Shown: piece after piece, positions 1-10,985 of the stretch
How positions within the stretch are numbered: the first letter of the stretch is position 1
Layout of the letters: every line of letters starts with the position of its first letter
Assembly (NCBI RefSeq): GCF_001194135.2
Contig: NC_068986.1
Location: forward strand, 64,030,354-64,094,353
Direction: 5' to 3'
Length of the DNA stretch: 64,000 nt
Source: Octopus bimaculoides
Taxonomy: Eukaryota
Position numbers and translations under genes: made by a program
The notes under the pieces: generated by a model
The model's database searches: none
What the model was told of the DNA's origin: nothing
The model's input: the letters and a program-made list of their open reading frames with translations, nothing else

Positions 1-346
1 ATTGGATGCTGAAAGATGAGGAAGAAGAAACTTTTGAATGGCTGATAAGATGAACAACTGTCGGTCATGCACTGGTTGGTAGGTCTGTTCTCTCACATCT
101 AACACATCATGCTGTAATAAATAAAATAATTTTAGATTCAAAATGTGATTTTATAGAGAAGTGTGTGTGTGTGTGTGAATATATATATGTGTGTATCTAC
201 ATGTGTGTTTGCAAGTCTGAGTATTTATATTATATAAATANNNNNNNNNNNNNNNNNNNNNNNNNNNNNNATATATATATATATATATATAAAGTAGGGG
301 TAAAATAAAAGTGGAGAAATTTTAAAGACTCTTTCTTTTAGCTCTT

Positions 347-1069
347 TCAGTTCAATGAAGTATGTGAAAATGCCTGAGATTTTCGTCGAGAGAACAGACA
401 CCACCGATCCCGATAGCTCTGCTCTATAATTAGACTACTTATTAAGGCTTTAGCATCATAGCCTGATGAAGAAGATAGTTGAGAGTCCACCATTTCCCAG
501 CCACAATTTTTTAGATATTCTCCAAGACGCAGGCGGATATTGCTCCCATTAAGCTCAATCTCAGCAAATTCCAATCCATTTTTAGTCTGTAATTTCTCCA
601 AGGCTTCCTTGCCAATGAGATTTGATGGCAAGGAGATAATCATATCTTTACGCCCAGACAAAATAGTTTTGACCCGAGAATTATTTGTGGGCATAGTTGC
701 TGTAGATCCAGTTCGTACTTCAATTATTTCAAGAAAGACGCCACCACTTTTGTCAGCAAGGTCATCTCGTAATTTACACAAGTCTTGAATTAAAGGTTTG
801 ATTTGATAGAAATCTGCCTCAGTCAGCAGCAAGTCATACTCCTTGAAGTCCATTGGAAGGGAAAGCTTCTTAGACCGAAGAAAATTCAAGATATAACGGA
901 ACATGAATCCATCCCTATCAATGAAATAAAATCCACTTTTGTCAATTGTTGTTGGGTATGACCCGCTGAACATTGTCCCAAGCATGGAATCGGCATATTG
1001 ACAAAGCGTCGAGCGCGTTGTGGAGTAATGTGTGCCACCAACATTCAAGTTGACAATATCCTCGGCCAT
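347..1069 (-). CDS. BTB/POZ domain KCTD-family protein (KCTD6/KCTD21-like), 240 aa, single coding exon
   Basis: Intact ORF starting MAEDIVNLNVGGTHYSTTRSTL...FIDRDGFMFRYILNFLR...EADFYQIKPL, the T1-type BTB signature of KCTD proteins; polypyrimidine acceptor (ttattctcttatag) ends at 1108, 38 nt upstream of the ATG. Exact paralogue cannot be assigned by eye. Confidence 0.9.
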   Translation of the reverse strand: MAEDIVNLNVGGTHYSTTRSTLCQYADSMLGTMFSGSYPTTIDKSGFYFIDRDGFMFRYILNFLRSKKLSLPMDFKEYDLLLTEADFYQIKPLIQDLCKLRDDLADKSGGVFLEIIEVRTGSTATMPTNNSRVKTILSGRKDMIISLPSNLIGKEALEKLQTKNGLEFAEIELNGSNIRLRLGEYLKNCGWEMVDSQLSSSSGYDAKALISSLIIEQSYRDRWCLFSRRKSQAFSHTSLN

Positions 1070-1530
1070 ACCAACTACATCTGCAGCTACTCACACCAGG
1101 CCGGGCACTATAAGAGAATAAGCAGATTAAATGACATTTTAGATAAAATGTAACAAATCAATGGATGACATAGCATATCATACAAAAAATTCAACAAATA
1201 TAAATATCAAAAGGTTAATATAGTCATTCAAATAAATAACAGAACTTGCACCATATAATTATCTTCTTTAGGGGAAATGCTTTCATCAATGTGAGAAAGA
1301 GATAGCAACTTCAATAGCTGTCTATTAATGAAATGAATATAAAACTGGCCAAATTTTATACAATGCTTCCAAACTGTGCTGTCAGACTAAAAAAAAACAA
1401 ACCCTTTCTAGCTGCTCAGCATAAAAAAAATACAATTAAAATCTCTAAATTAAAAAAAATTAATATGCCACTAATTTTAGTGCTACTTATTCCATCAATA
1501 TTTGAAGTCAGAATTATCAAATAGCACAGA

Positions 1531-1576
<46 letters not shown>

Positions 1577-2092
1577 ATATAAGAGTATTTTTTACATGTG
1601 ATATAAAACTCAATACATTGGACAAAGCGGATAGACATAGACTGTCAACTTTTGAGATATCATCATCATTTAACATCCATTGTCCATGCTGGCATGGGTT
1701 GGATGGTTTAATAAGGGCTGGTAGGCTGAGTGGCTGCACCAGATTCCAGTCTGATTTGGCACAATTTCTATGGCTGGATGTTCTTCCTAATGCCTAACCA
1801 CTACGAGAGTGTAACAGGTGCTTTTACATTCCACAAGTACGGGTGCTAGATGCATGACATCAATATCTGCCATGACTATGATTTCACTTGGCTTGATGGA
1901 TCTTCCCTCTCATGCACGGCATATTGCCAAAGGTCTCCATTATTTGTCATTGCCTCCATGAGGCCCAGCACTTGAAAATGTTTTTATGTGCCACTGGGAC
2001 GGTTGCTGGTCTGCAACACCAGCAACAGCCACATTACCTGCAAGGCCCAACACTTGAAAGATGTTTTTTACGTGCCATTGGCATATATGTAT

Positions 2093-2306
2093 AGTTTCTA
2101 TTCCTCCATCAACCCAATAGTAGTTAATACGGCACTCTGGCTAGCTCATAACAAAGCTGGTCTTACCGGGGAAGAGATTAATGTCGTGTTGGCTGCCAGA
2201 AAAATCTATCATAAAATTTGACAAGCTGTGGGTCCGTAAGGGCACACTTGATGGTTTTGATGTTACGATGGGAAGTTCTGATTCAGCACAAATAACTGAT
2301 TTGGTT

Positions 2307-2347
<41 letters not shown>

Positions 2348-4140
2348 NNNNNNNNNNNNNNNNNNNNNNNNNNNNNNNNNNNNNNNNNNNNNNNNNNNNN
2401 NNNNNNNNNNNNNNNNNNNNNNNNNNNNNNNNNNNNNNNNNNNNNNNNNNNNNNNNNNNNNNNNNNNNNNNNNNNNNNNNNNNNNNNNNNNNNNNNNNNN
2501 NNNNNNNNNNNNNNNNNNNNNNNNNNNNNNNNNNNNNNNNNNNNNNNNNNNNNNNNNNNNNNNNNNNNNNNNNNNNNNNNNNNNNNNNNNNNNNNNNNNN
2601 NNNNNNNNNNNNNNNNNNNNNNNNNNNNNNNNNNNNNNNNNNNNNNNNNNNNNNNNNNNNNNNNNNNNNNNNNNNNNNNNNNNNNNNNNNNNNNNNNNNN
2701 NNNNNNNNNNNNNNNNNNNNNNNNNNNNNNNNNNNNNNNNNNNNNNNNNNNNNNNNNNNNNNNNNNNNNNNNNNNNNNNNNNNNNNNNNNNNNNNNNNNN
2801 NNNNNNNNNNNNNNNNNNNNNNNNNNNNNNNNNNNNNNNNNNNNNNNNNNNNNNNNNNNNNNNNNNNNNNNNNNNNNNNNNNNNNNNNNNNNNNNNNNNN
2901 NNNNNNNNNNNNNNNNNNNNNNNNNNNNNNNNNNNNNNNNNNNNNNNNNNNNNNNNNNNNNNNNNNNNNNNNNNNNNNNNNNNNNNNNNNNNTTAAAGAT
3001 AGTTACACTAAAAATGAGGCAACTAATAGCAAAACTATTTGGTTGATTATTCCTCATGGGAGGCAAACTAAATCTAATCTTCCTTTCCAGTTTCGGGAAG
3101 CTATTATTAAGAATTTTCCAACTCGCACATGGTTGGGATTGCTTTTCCAACACAAAAAAATCTCTCACAAAATATTAGTCTGTTAAATAAGAATCCAATT
3201 ACTAATACTAACATTAATTTAGCTGATACCAACCATCTCACTAGAAATATTAATAACAAGGTTATTGTCTCTGAAGTCAATTCCAACAGAATTAAGTTTA
3301 TGTCTAGTAATTCTAAGATATTAAAAACTCTATATACCAGTGTAAAATTACTTCAGGTACCGATGTCTTTTTTTTATATAGGTAGTTCTTCTCAGTTAAC
3401 TAAAAGAATTTCTAATCATTACTCTACATTTAGGGATAGTAATAAACACAACAGTACAGGGCTAAGTAAATTAATTTGGTATCTATAAGACCATAATAAA
3501 CAATTTAATTTAGATTGGTTGATTCTCTCCATTTCCTTCCCATATGATAAAGGCAAAGAATTCTGCCAACTCTGTAATACTGAACTATTTTCTATTCTTT
3601 TTTCTAAGAATCCCCTTGTAAACACGGTTATAGAGTGTGCTTATCAATGTAAACATTGGCAGAAACATACCTTTAATTCATATAAGTGATATCTACCATT
3701 ATATATAATTTGAACATTAATTTTCTTACATTTCACTTCCACTAGATATATCTTTTTCCAAGCCATTAAGCTTTTATTTTAATTCACGTATCGCTCTATA
3801 TTTCTCCTTTATTAGTTTTCTGCTTATTTCTTTCCTTTACCCCTTCTCTTTCTACAGGCTACCTTTGATGTTATATCCTCTAACAGTTTTTTAAAAAAAT
3901 TCTGTTAAAATGTCTTATTGATGAGTTTGGTTTATGTCTTTCTTTCCCTGATGAGAAGATTACGCCATTTTATTCCTTTGGAATAATACCAATGTTGTCT
4001 TCGAAACATGTGTCGGACGTAAAAGAATTTGAATAACACCTACGTTTAACTCCATTTATTGATTTATATATATTATACTAAATATTTCACATCAACCCGG
4101 AGTTTCTACCTTTAAAAACAAGGTGTTATGTCCTTATTAC
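2093..4140 (+). mobile_element. Decayed Penelope-like retroelement (RT fragment, gap, GIY-YIG endonuclease remnant, terminal repeat with hammerhead)
   Basis: 2093-2310 encodes FYSSI...FDVTMGSSDSAQITDLVG (Penelope RT motif like FDVTMGSYDGAEVCELVG); 3340-3660 encodes YIGSSSQLTKRISNHYSTF...STGLSKLIWYL and CQLCNTE...CKH, typical of PLE GIY-YIG C-termini; frameshifted. Confidence 0.75.
3940..4027 (+). ncRNA. Type I hammerhead ribozyme motif (HHR-A)
   Basis: CTGATGA 3948-3954; helix II GAAGAT/GTCTTC with internal TTATTCC-TTT-GGAATAA hairpin; GAAA 4003-4006; helix III ACA-TG-TGT; GUC triplet ending 4014; helix I TCC/GGA plus TTCTT/AAGAA. Confidence 0.75.
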
Positions 4141-4454
4141 TTGTGTGATTTTTTGCTACCCTGGTAACTGTTCATCTATTTTTTCCGAGTTAATTGTAAA
4201 GAAGGAAAAAATACGCATACATTTATATGTGCATATATAGGTATATATATATATATAGGTATATATATATATATATATNNNNNNNNNNNNNNNNNNNNNN
4301 NNNNNNNNNNNNNNNNNNNNNNNNNNNNNNNNNNNNNNNNNNNNNNNNNNNNNNNNNNNNNNNNNNNNNNNNNNNNNNTATATATATATATATATATATA
4401 TATACTTAAGACTTAGTTGTGGGTTGGGAGTTTTATCGGCAGACGTCATTATTG

Positions 4455-4607
4455 TTATTATTATTTTAAATTTTTCCCCCAAGGGCGGCTTCAGGCAGGT
4501 GGAGAATAGTCGATTATATCGACCCCTGTGTCCAACTGGTATTTATTTTTTAGACCCCGAAAGGATGAAAGGCAAAGTCGACTTCGGCGGAATTTGAACT
4601 CAGAACG
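4455..4607 (-). mobile_element. tRNA-type SINE (family with ...ttgcctttcatcctttcggggtcga...), interrupted by MITE at 4608
   Basis: Same sequence recurs at about 23345-23564 (-), 42115-42320 (+), 60267-60480 (+), 61430-61646 (-) and in other degraded copies. Confidence 0.75.
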
Positions 4608-5056
4608 TAGAGATGGGTACAAACCTCCCGTCACTACACTGATTCTGCAGAACAGGGTTGAGTGTGAAAACTAACTTTAAAATGTGATAACAACAGAAAA
4701 AAAATAGTCACACAACTTTTTCAAATACGATCGACAAACATTTATTCCCTACAAACTGTAAGTTTTTTGGAAAATCTTTTCGTAAATCTTGAGATTAACA
4801 CCCACACGATTACCTACCTAACCCTAAAACTCCAACTCTAACACTTAAGTGAAAATCTTGTGGGTGTTAATCTGAAAAATTACCCAGATTTGTAATGAAG
4901 TTCACTGATTTGCAATGTGTTGTCCATAAGCTCCGTAGTTTGTATAAATGAGTGTGTATTCAAAAACATCTTTATTTACACTTTAAAGTTGGTTTTCACA
5001 CTCAACCCTGTTCTGCAGAATCAGTGTAGCGACGGGAGGTTTGTACCCATCTCTAC
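4608..5056. mobile_element. MITE with about 79-bp terminal inverted repeats (TAGAGATGGGTACAAACC...)
   Basis: 4607-4685 is the reverse complement of 4978-5056 with 3 mismatches; no coding capacity; right end abuts a gap so the TSD is not checkable. Confidence 0.65.
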
Positions 5057-5464
5057 NNNNNNNNNNNNNNNNNNNNNNNNNNNNNNNNNNNNNNNNNNNN
5101 NNNNNNNNNNNNNNNNNNNNNNNNNNNNNNNNNNNNNNNNNNNNNNNNNNNNNNNNNNNNNNNNNNNNNNNNNNNNNNNNNNNNNNNNNNNNNNNNNNNN
5201 NNNNNNNNNNNNNNNNNNNNNNNNNNNNNNNNNNNNNNNNNNNNNNNNNNNNNNNNNNNNNNNNNNNNNNNNNNNNNNNNNNNNNNNNNNNNNNNNNNNN
5301 NNNNNNNNNNNNNNNNNNNNNNNNNNNNNNNNNNNNNNNNNNNNNNNNNGTGAAAACCAACTTTAAAGTGTAAATAAAGATGTTTTTGAATACACACTCA
5401 TTTATACAAACTACGGAGCTTATGGACAACACATTGCAAATCAGTGAACTTCATTACAAATCTG

Positions 5465-5660
5465 GGTAATTTTTCAGATTAACACCCGCACGATTTTCAC
5501 TAGGGTGTTAGGATTACGGTTTTTGGGTCAGGGTTAGGGTTTTAGGGTTAGGGTTAGGGTTACGATGAGGTTTAGTGTTGTGGTTACGGTTTTAGGGTCA
5601 GGGTTAGGGTCTAAGGATTACGGTTACATAATTGTGCGGGCGTTAATCTGAAAAATTACC
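5465..5660. repeat. Degenerate (TTAGGG)n-like array enclosed by 31-bp inverted repeats; part of a second, inverted MITE copy
   Basis: GGTAATTTTTCAGATTAACACCCGCACGATT (5465-5495) vs AATTGTGCGGGCGTTAATCTGAAAAATTACC (5630-5660), 2 mismatches; interior rich in TTAGGG/TCAGGG/TTACGG. Confidence 0.7.
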
Positions 5661-5696
5661 AAAATGTGAAAACTACCGACCCTGCCAACTGTTATA

Positions 5697-6194
5697 TCTT
5701 TTGTTGTTCTCTTTAATATGTACATAGATTATGCCTCCAAACAAGACAACTTGCTAGGGAAAGAAAGCAACCGGTTTAAAAAGACAGCAACAGACTGCAT
5801 CAATTCAACACATTCCAGAAGCTACTTTGAACATAATGCAAAATGGTGCATCAACATCTACTGCCCAATCTGATACAATTCTGGCAGAACTGTGTAGCAA
5901 CAGATCACCAGCAATTGCTTCATCAGAAATTGCCGTCCTACCTCCTGCAAAAAGGAATTACCCTGCTATGTATAATCAGGGCAGCACAAAAAGTTGTTTT
6001 GCACAAGCATTTAGACGGATGAAATTTACATGCGCTTAATAATGTTACTCAAAACAGCCTTCAGACTTTCCCTATTGATTTCATCGTCTTTTGAATTATG
6101 AACATATTTACACCATAAGGGTTTTTTCGTTGATTTTCACCTAGCAAGATGGCGTAATAAGTCACACCCGGACAACGTCGGGTTATACTGCTAG
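5697..6194 (+). mobile_element. Non-autonomous Helitron-like element (about 500 bp)
   Basis: A|TC at 5696/5697; GC hairpin CCCGGACAACGTCGGG followed 8 nt later by CTAG|T at 6191-6195; related hairpin+CTAGT ends at 54527-54556 and 63270-63299. 5' end is tentative. Confidence 0.55.
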
Positions 6195-7129
6195 TTATAT
6201 ATATAGATGAAATCTGAATGAAGCCCATCATGTATATATATTTTATCATCATTTAACAGCTATGTCCCTTACTGCACAGGTTGAACAATATGTGAGTGTG
6301 TGTTGTTCATCAAGCATGAACAAGAGGACGTTGAAGTGATGATACACAAACACACACACACATTATCTGCTAAACTTTCTCAAAATTTCCATTTACCCAA
6401 CTTCTCTCACTGGCTGTGGTAGAAGACATTTGTCAAGGTGCTGCACAATGAAATCAAACACAGAAACTCATAAACTCTCACACAAATACAAACATAGGCA
6501 CATAGAAATACATGTACATACACATAGAAATGCATATATAAAACCACTATGCCTAAACCTTCCTTCCCAAAATATCAGCCTTCTGGAATTTCCTCTCTGT
6601 TGTTCATATGACAAGTGTAGCAGCATCATAGTCAACTGTTATAAGGTTAACTTCTCTCTACTTTAGAGAGGAGTAGTTAGAGGTATCAAACAGCAGGATC
6701 AGATCATGAAAGTCACTGAGAGGATCATAGCTCAATTAATTATGAAGAAAGTCAAATTAGATGAAATGCAATTTGGATTCATGCCAAGAAGAATTATTAC
6801 TGATGCAACTGCAGTGGGGATGGGTAACAGTACCTCATTTTTGTTGAGATGGATGGGTCACAGCATATTACCATTCAACTTGGTTCTTTGTCTCCTCCTT
6901 CATGAGGCTTAACATTTTGAAGTCAATCTTCACTACTTCATCCCACATCCTCCTAGGTTTCCCTCTGCCATGGGCTTTATGCACAGTAAGCAATTGGTAC
7001 TTCTTTATACAGCTTTCCTCATCCATCTGCATCACATGACCAGACTAGCACAGACTTCTTTCTCTCTTGCACGTCATATCTGATGCCTCTTATGCTCAAT
7101 TTTACACAATGATGATGATGATGATTATT

Positions 7130-7990
7130 CTCGTTCAGGTACTCTTCGCCAGTTGCTATTCTATGATTGTGCAGGCTTCTCTCTCGACGATGGATTGATG
7201 TTTTCTGTTTTTGAAAGGGACTTTGAATAGAAGGCCACTGGCCTTCCTTGTTGTGATAGCATCCCGCCCAAGGCTAGGTCAGAAGCATCTGTTTCAATGG
7301 TAAGTGGTATTCAAGGTTGTGGAACTGCAAGTATGACATTTACCAATGCAGTCTTAAGAGATGCAATTGCTGTTTTTGCTTCTTCTGGAAGTCCTGCTTT
7401 GTTGATATTCTTTCTGGCCTCTGGCTCTTAAGTGGAATGGTGAGTCTGGAGCACTTAGGTATCCACTTTGCATAATATGCAAAAATGCCTATTATTTGAT
7501 TTAGTTCTCTCAATGTTCTTGGTTCTGGCAAAAATAGTAGAGCTTGATACTTCTTAGGGTCAAGTTTTATTGTTGAATTTCCAATATGTCCAAGGAAGTG
7601 GATCTGCTTCTCAGAGAATTGACTCTTGCTTTTATTGGTCATGCCAGATGTTTTGGTTGCCTGGATAAATCTCCTGAGGTTATCGTCATGTTCATGATGA
7701 TCTTTGCTGGCTCTGATGATGTCATCTAGATAGGCAAAGTTTTTTTCAAGATTGTTTCTTTTTATGAATTCATCAACAACACGCTGGAAAAATGCTGCAG
7801 AGTTGGTACAACCAAATGGGAGGCGTTTAAACCAGGACAATCTCCCCACTGCTTCGAACACTGTCAGTTTATAGTCTTTGGGTTCCACCTGCTGATATGC
7901 AGCTGTCGTATCTATGTTGCTGAAAATCTTCTTTGCTGCTACTTCATTTAGATCATCAACAGTGGGAACCATTCTACCTGAATTCCTCTA
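7130..7990 (-). mobile_element. Gypsy-type LTR retrotransposon RT/RNase H fragment
   Basis: ORF 7340-7972: RLPFGCTNSAAFFQRVVD...AYLDDII...IHFLGHI...IGIFAYYAKWIP; continuation with TIETDASDLALGG-like RNase H start. Confidence 0.85.
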
Positions 7991-8213
7991 GAATCCCGGA
8001 AGCACAATACTGCATCATCAACATTTCAGAAATAAGGGGGATCCACTTGTAGAATCATAACATATGTATACAAACCATATCAAACTGCTATTAAATAATA
8101 CATGTATCTCCTACTAAATATATTGAGTACCCTTTTCTTTCGTTTGTTCACTCACTTGTGTATGAGTGTATGTACACACACACACACAAAGTAAATATGC
8201 CATCCAAACTTAC

Positions 8214-8284
8214 CTGGACTGTAGATACATTCAATTTTTTGACTTATAGTCCTGAGAGAAAGGTAGCCTTTCTAAAGTAGTAAG
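8214..8284 (-). other. Putative non-coding 5' UTR exon of the KCTD gene (71 nt)
   Basis: Minus strand: strong acceptor (ttcttcttttattatttcag|) at 8285 and consensus donor CAG|GTAAGT at 8213; no transcript evidence available. Confidence 0.5.
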
Positions 8285-9479
8285 CTGAAATAATAAAAGA
8301 AGAATCACATATTAAATGTTCTGAAAAGGATGTCTTGACCTCGACATACTTTTGTTCTCTAAACCAAAAAAGGCACACATACATACAAAGAAACATTCAT
8401 ACTGGTTATTCTTCATTTAAACTGTATACATTTCTTACCAAACTAATGTAATGATGAAAAGCCTACATCTCACAGCTGTTTCCGAAACAAAAATAAAATG
8501 AACATGAATGTAGATATATTTATTGCAATGTGTCAATGTTCCGACTGAAATAGCAACAAGATTTTCTCAGGGATGATGCAATAGAATGGTAACAGAAATG
8601 GCTGAGTTGTTTGTATACAGGACTACTAGTTTAAACATAAGCAGTTTTTTGGAGAGTGATCCCTTTTACAGACAACATAACACCTATAAACCTCCGTAGG
8701 TGAACATCATTCAGCAACAACCTATTACAAAATAATCAGCCAGCAGCCAATTATATAAATCCCAGAAGGATGAAAGGCAATATTGACTTTAAGATTTGAA
8801 ATCACAACATAAAGGCTTGTAACTAAATCATCATCATCATCATCATCATCATCGTTTAACGTCCGCTTTCCATGCTAACATGGGTTGGACGATTTGACTG
8901 AGGACTGGTGAAACCGGATGGCAACACCAGGCTCCAGTCTGATTTGGCAGAGTTTCTACAGCTGGATGCCCTTCCTAACGCAAGGTATTTTGTTCGACAC
9001 TCTACAAACTCACCACCTTTATACCTTAGCCACTGGTGTTGTGCTGTGTTCCCAAGGTACTAAGTTTTCAACAGCCATGGATCCTAATTAAGTCAAAACT
9101 AGATCAACCTTTAAAAGTAAGAGTATGCAATGGAACAGTTCCTTATTTTATTTTCAGGTAGGCATGAATTCTAGGAATGTTCCTAAGCAACAAGATGATG
9201 GCACAGTGTTCTACTCAAACAACAAAACACAGTGGATTTGAACTTACAATGTATGTGTACTGCTATTCAAATATTTTATCTTTCCAGTTTTACTTCTACT
9301 GTAAAACTTGTATGAAATATACCATTTGTAGAGGTAAAAACAATGGCAATGATGATATATAGAAAGTCAGAACTCTGGCTATAGATACACAAGACATGGC
9401 TGAATTTTGATCATATCCATATTCTTTAGAAGGGTTCACTCTTGATTTGTATTAGTCTGAATAACATAATTAGAAGGGG

Positions 9480-9860
9480 CCTCGACACAGTTAGCTTCCC
9501 ATCTCAATTGGAACCAGTAGGTCTTGACCATGGGGTTGGTAGGTATCCCAACAGAATAACCCTCTTCTCATTTGAGTGAGGCAGATCCTTAGCCCAGGAT
9601 GCAACATGCAGCAACACATTCTCCGGCTCCAACCTTGCCATATCAGCTGCAAACCCAGATGTTACTGCTTGTAACACAAAAGAGAGAAAATTCAATAAAT
9701 ACAGGGATCTGACCAGCTGCTATGAGTTTGTGTAGGTAGCCATTGAGACCTCAGGTGTTCTTGGACTCTGCAAATGAGCCTGCAAAGTGGAATGGCTGCT
9801 GCAGTTAAGTGTCACTGGCCATTCTCTATGGCAATACCATTGCGGTCATGACTGCAAAAC
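9480..9860 (-). mobile_element. Probable 3' fragment of a Tx1/L1-like LINE
   Basis: Degraded C-terminal ETLxxxFHFC-like motif read across frameshifts; similar in character to 28900-29700. Confidence 0.35.
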
Positions 9861-10893
9861 CCACTTTTTGTTACAGTTTAAAAAGTGATCAGTTGGTTTA
9901 ATAAATAATATCAAACTGTACATAGAAATAATTTTTATTAACTTCTATTTTGTTCAGTTGCTTTTTTGACTTGTTAGACAATCTTTTCCATAAACACCAC
10001 AATATCTCATCTATCTCATTGAACAGAGAGAGATGAGAAATCCTCTATATAGTCATTCGATCTACTAGAAATAGCAGCCAAATGTCCTTCAAAGCACACA
10101 TTGACTAATGTGGTCTTGGATGAGCCCGACCATAAGTAAGCAAAATATTCTACAAGGTAATGCTAATATAAAGGAAGAGAATTAAACAACTTTCAAGCAG
10201 TTTTTTTTTAACAATTGGACAGTGTAATAAAATGCTATAATAATTGAGTTTTGACCAAGAACAAAGGATGATTTTGTAGCAAACAATTCACTAAAATAAA
10301 CAAAGATTACTGGTATTTTACCAACTCTGGCAAGACAACAAAGTTTATCTCAAGAGAATGTGAATTCCGAATATTTAAACACTGAATTAGGTACCTTAAT
10401 GCCTCTAGATCAGTTCTCCACCTACTGTACACTTCAATAATAATGTTGAATTCACAATTTAGTTGCAACTCTCTAATTATTAAGAAATGTACATCTCAAA
10501 ATGTTATTGCTTATAAATCAGAAGTCATTTCGTTTGTAAGAAGTCAACAATAGCAAATATTCTGTATATGTATTACTTATGAATGACCATGCGTAAATGG
10601 GCTCTGCCCAAATAAGCACAATGATATACAATACATATAATAAACATTGCAAGTCATTTTTAGCTCCCGGTGATTTTAAAAAAACCTGCCTGTAAAATCG
10701 GTCCTGGTGACAAAACTATGATCAAAGGCATTTCAGCTGTAACCACCTCATTTTTATTTCGGATGTGTATCTAAGACTAGATTATCCAATGTGTCCTGAT
10801 GGGATTTAAGGGTGATTTGGCTGCTATTACAAGCAGGCTGAAAGACAATGTTCAGTTCACTTTGGAATGTATATCTACAACTATTTTTCTTAC

Positions 10894-10985
10894 CTATCGA
10901 AACGTTTGAACAGTTTGCAGTCCTGCCACAAGCCGTAGGATACTTTGTAGTGGAGAAGAATAGTCCTGACATGCAATAGGTCGAC
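10894..10985 (-). other. Putative 5' UTR exon of the KCTD gene (92 nt), contains an upstream ATG at 10972
   Basis: Minus strand acceptor (ttttattaatttacag|) at 10986 and donor AG|GTAAGA at 10893, in unique non-repeat sequence. Confidence 0.45.

Noticed and set aside
2181-3186. Long ORFs spanning N runs (also 4917-5432, 53643-54341, 55073-55992, 62327-63160)
   Set aside because: Open only because Ns and (TA)n contain no stops; not genes.
5500-5625. TTAGGG array as a true telomere or telomere-healing site
   Set aside because: Short, degenerate, and enclosed in inverted repeats of a MITE inside a gene intron.
8251-8275. CTGAGA-GAAAGG-TAG-CCTTTC-TAAA hairpin resembling a hammerhead
   Set aside because: Core one base short, G12 absent, no helix I; better explained as part of a putative UTR exon.
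8898-8925. CTGAGGA-CTGGT-GAAAC hammerhead-like string in a SINE
   Set aside because: No helix II pair, no NUH after helix III, no helix I.
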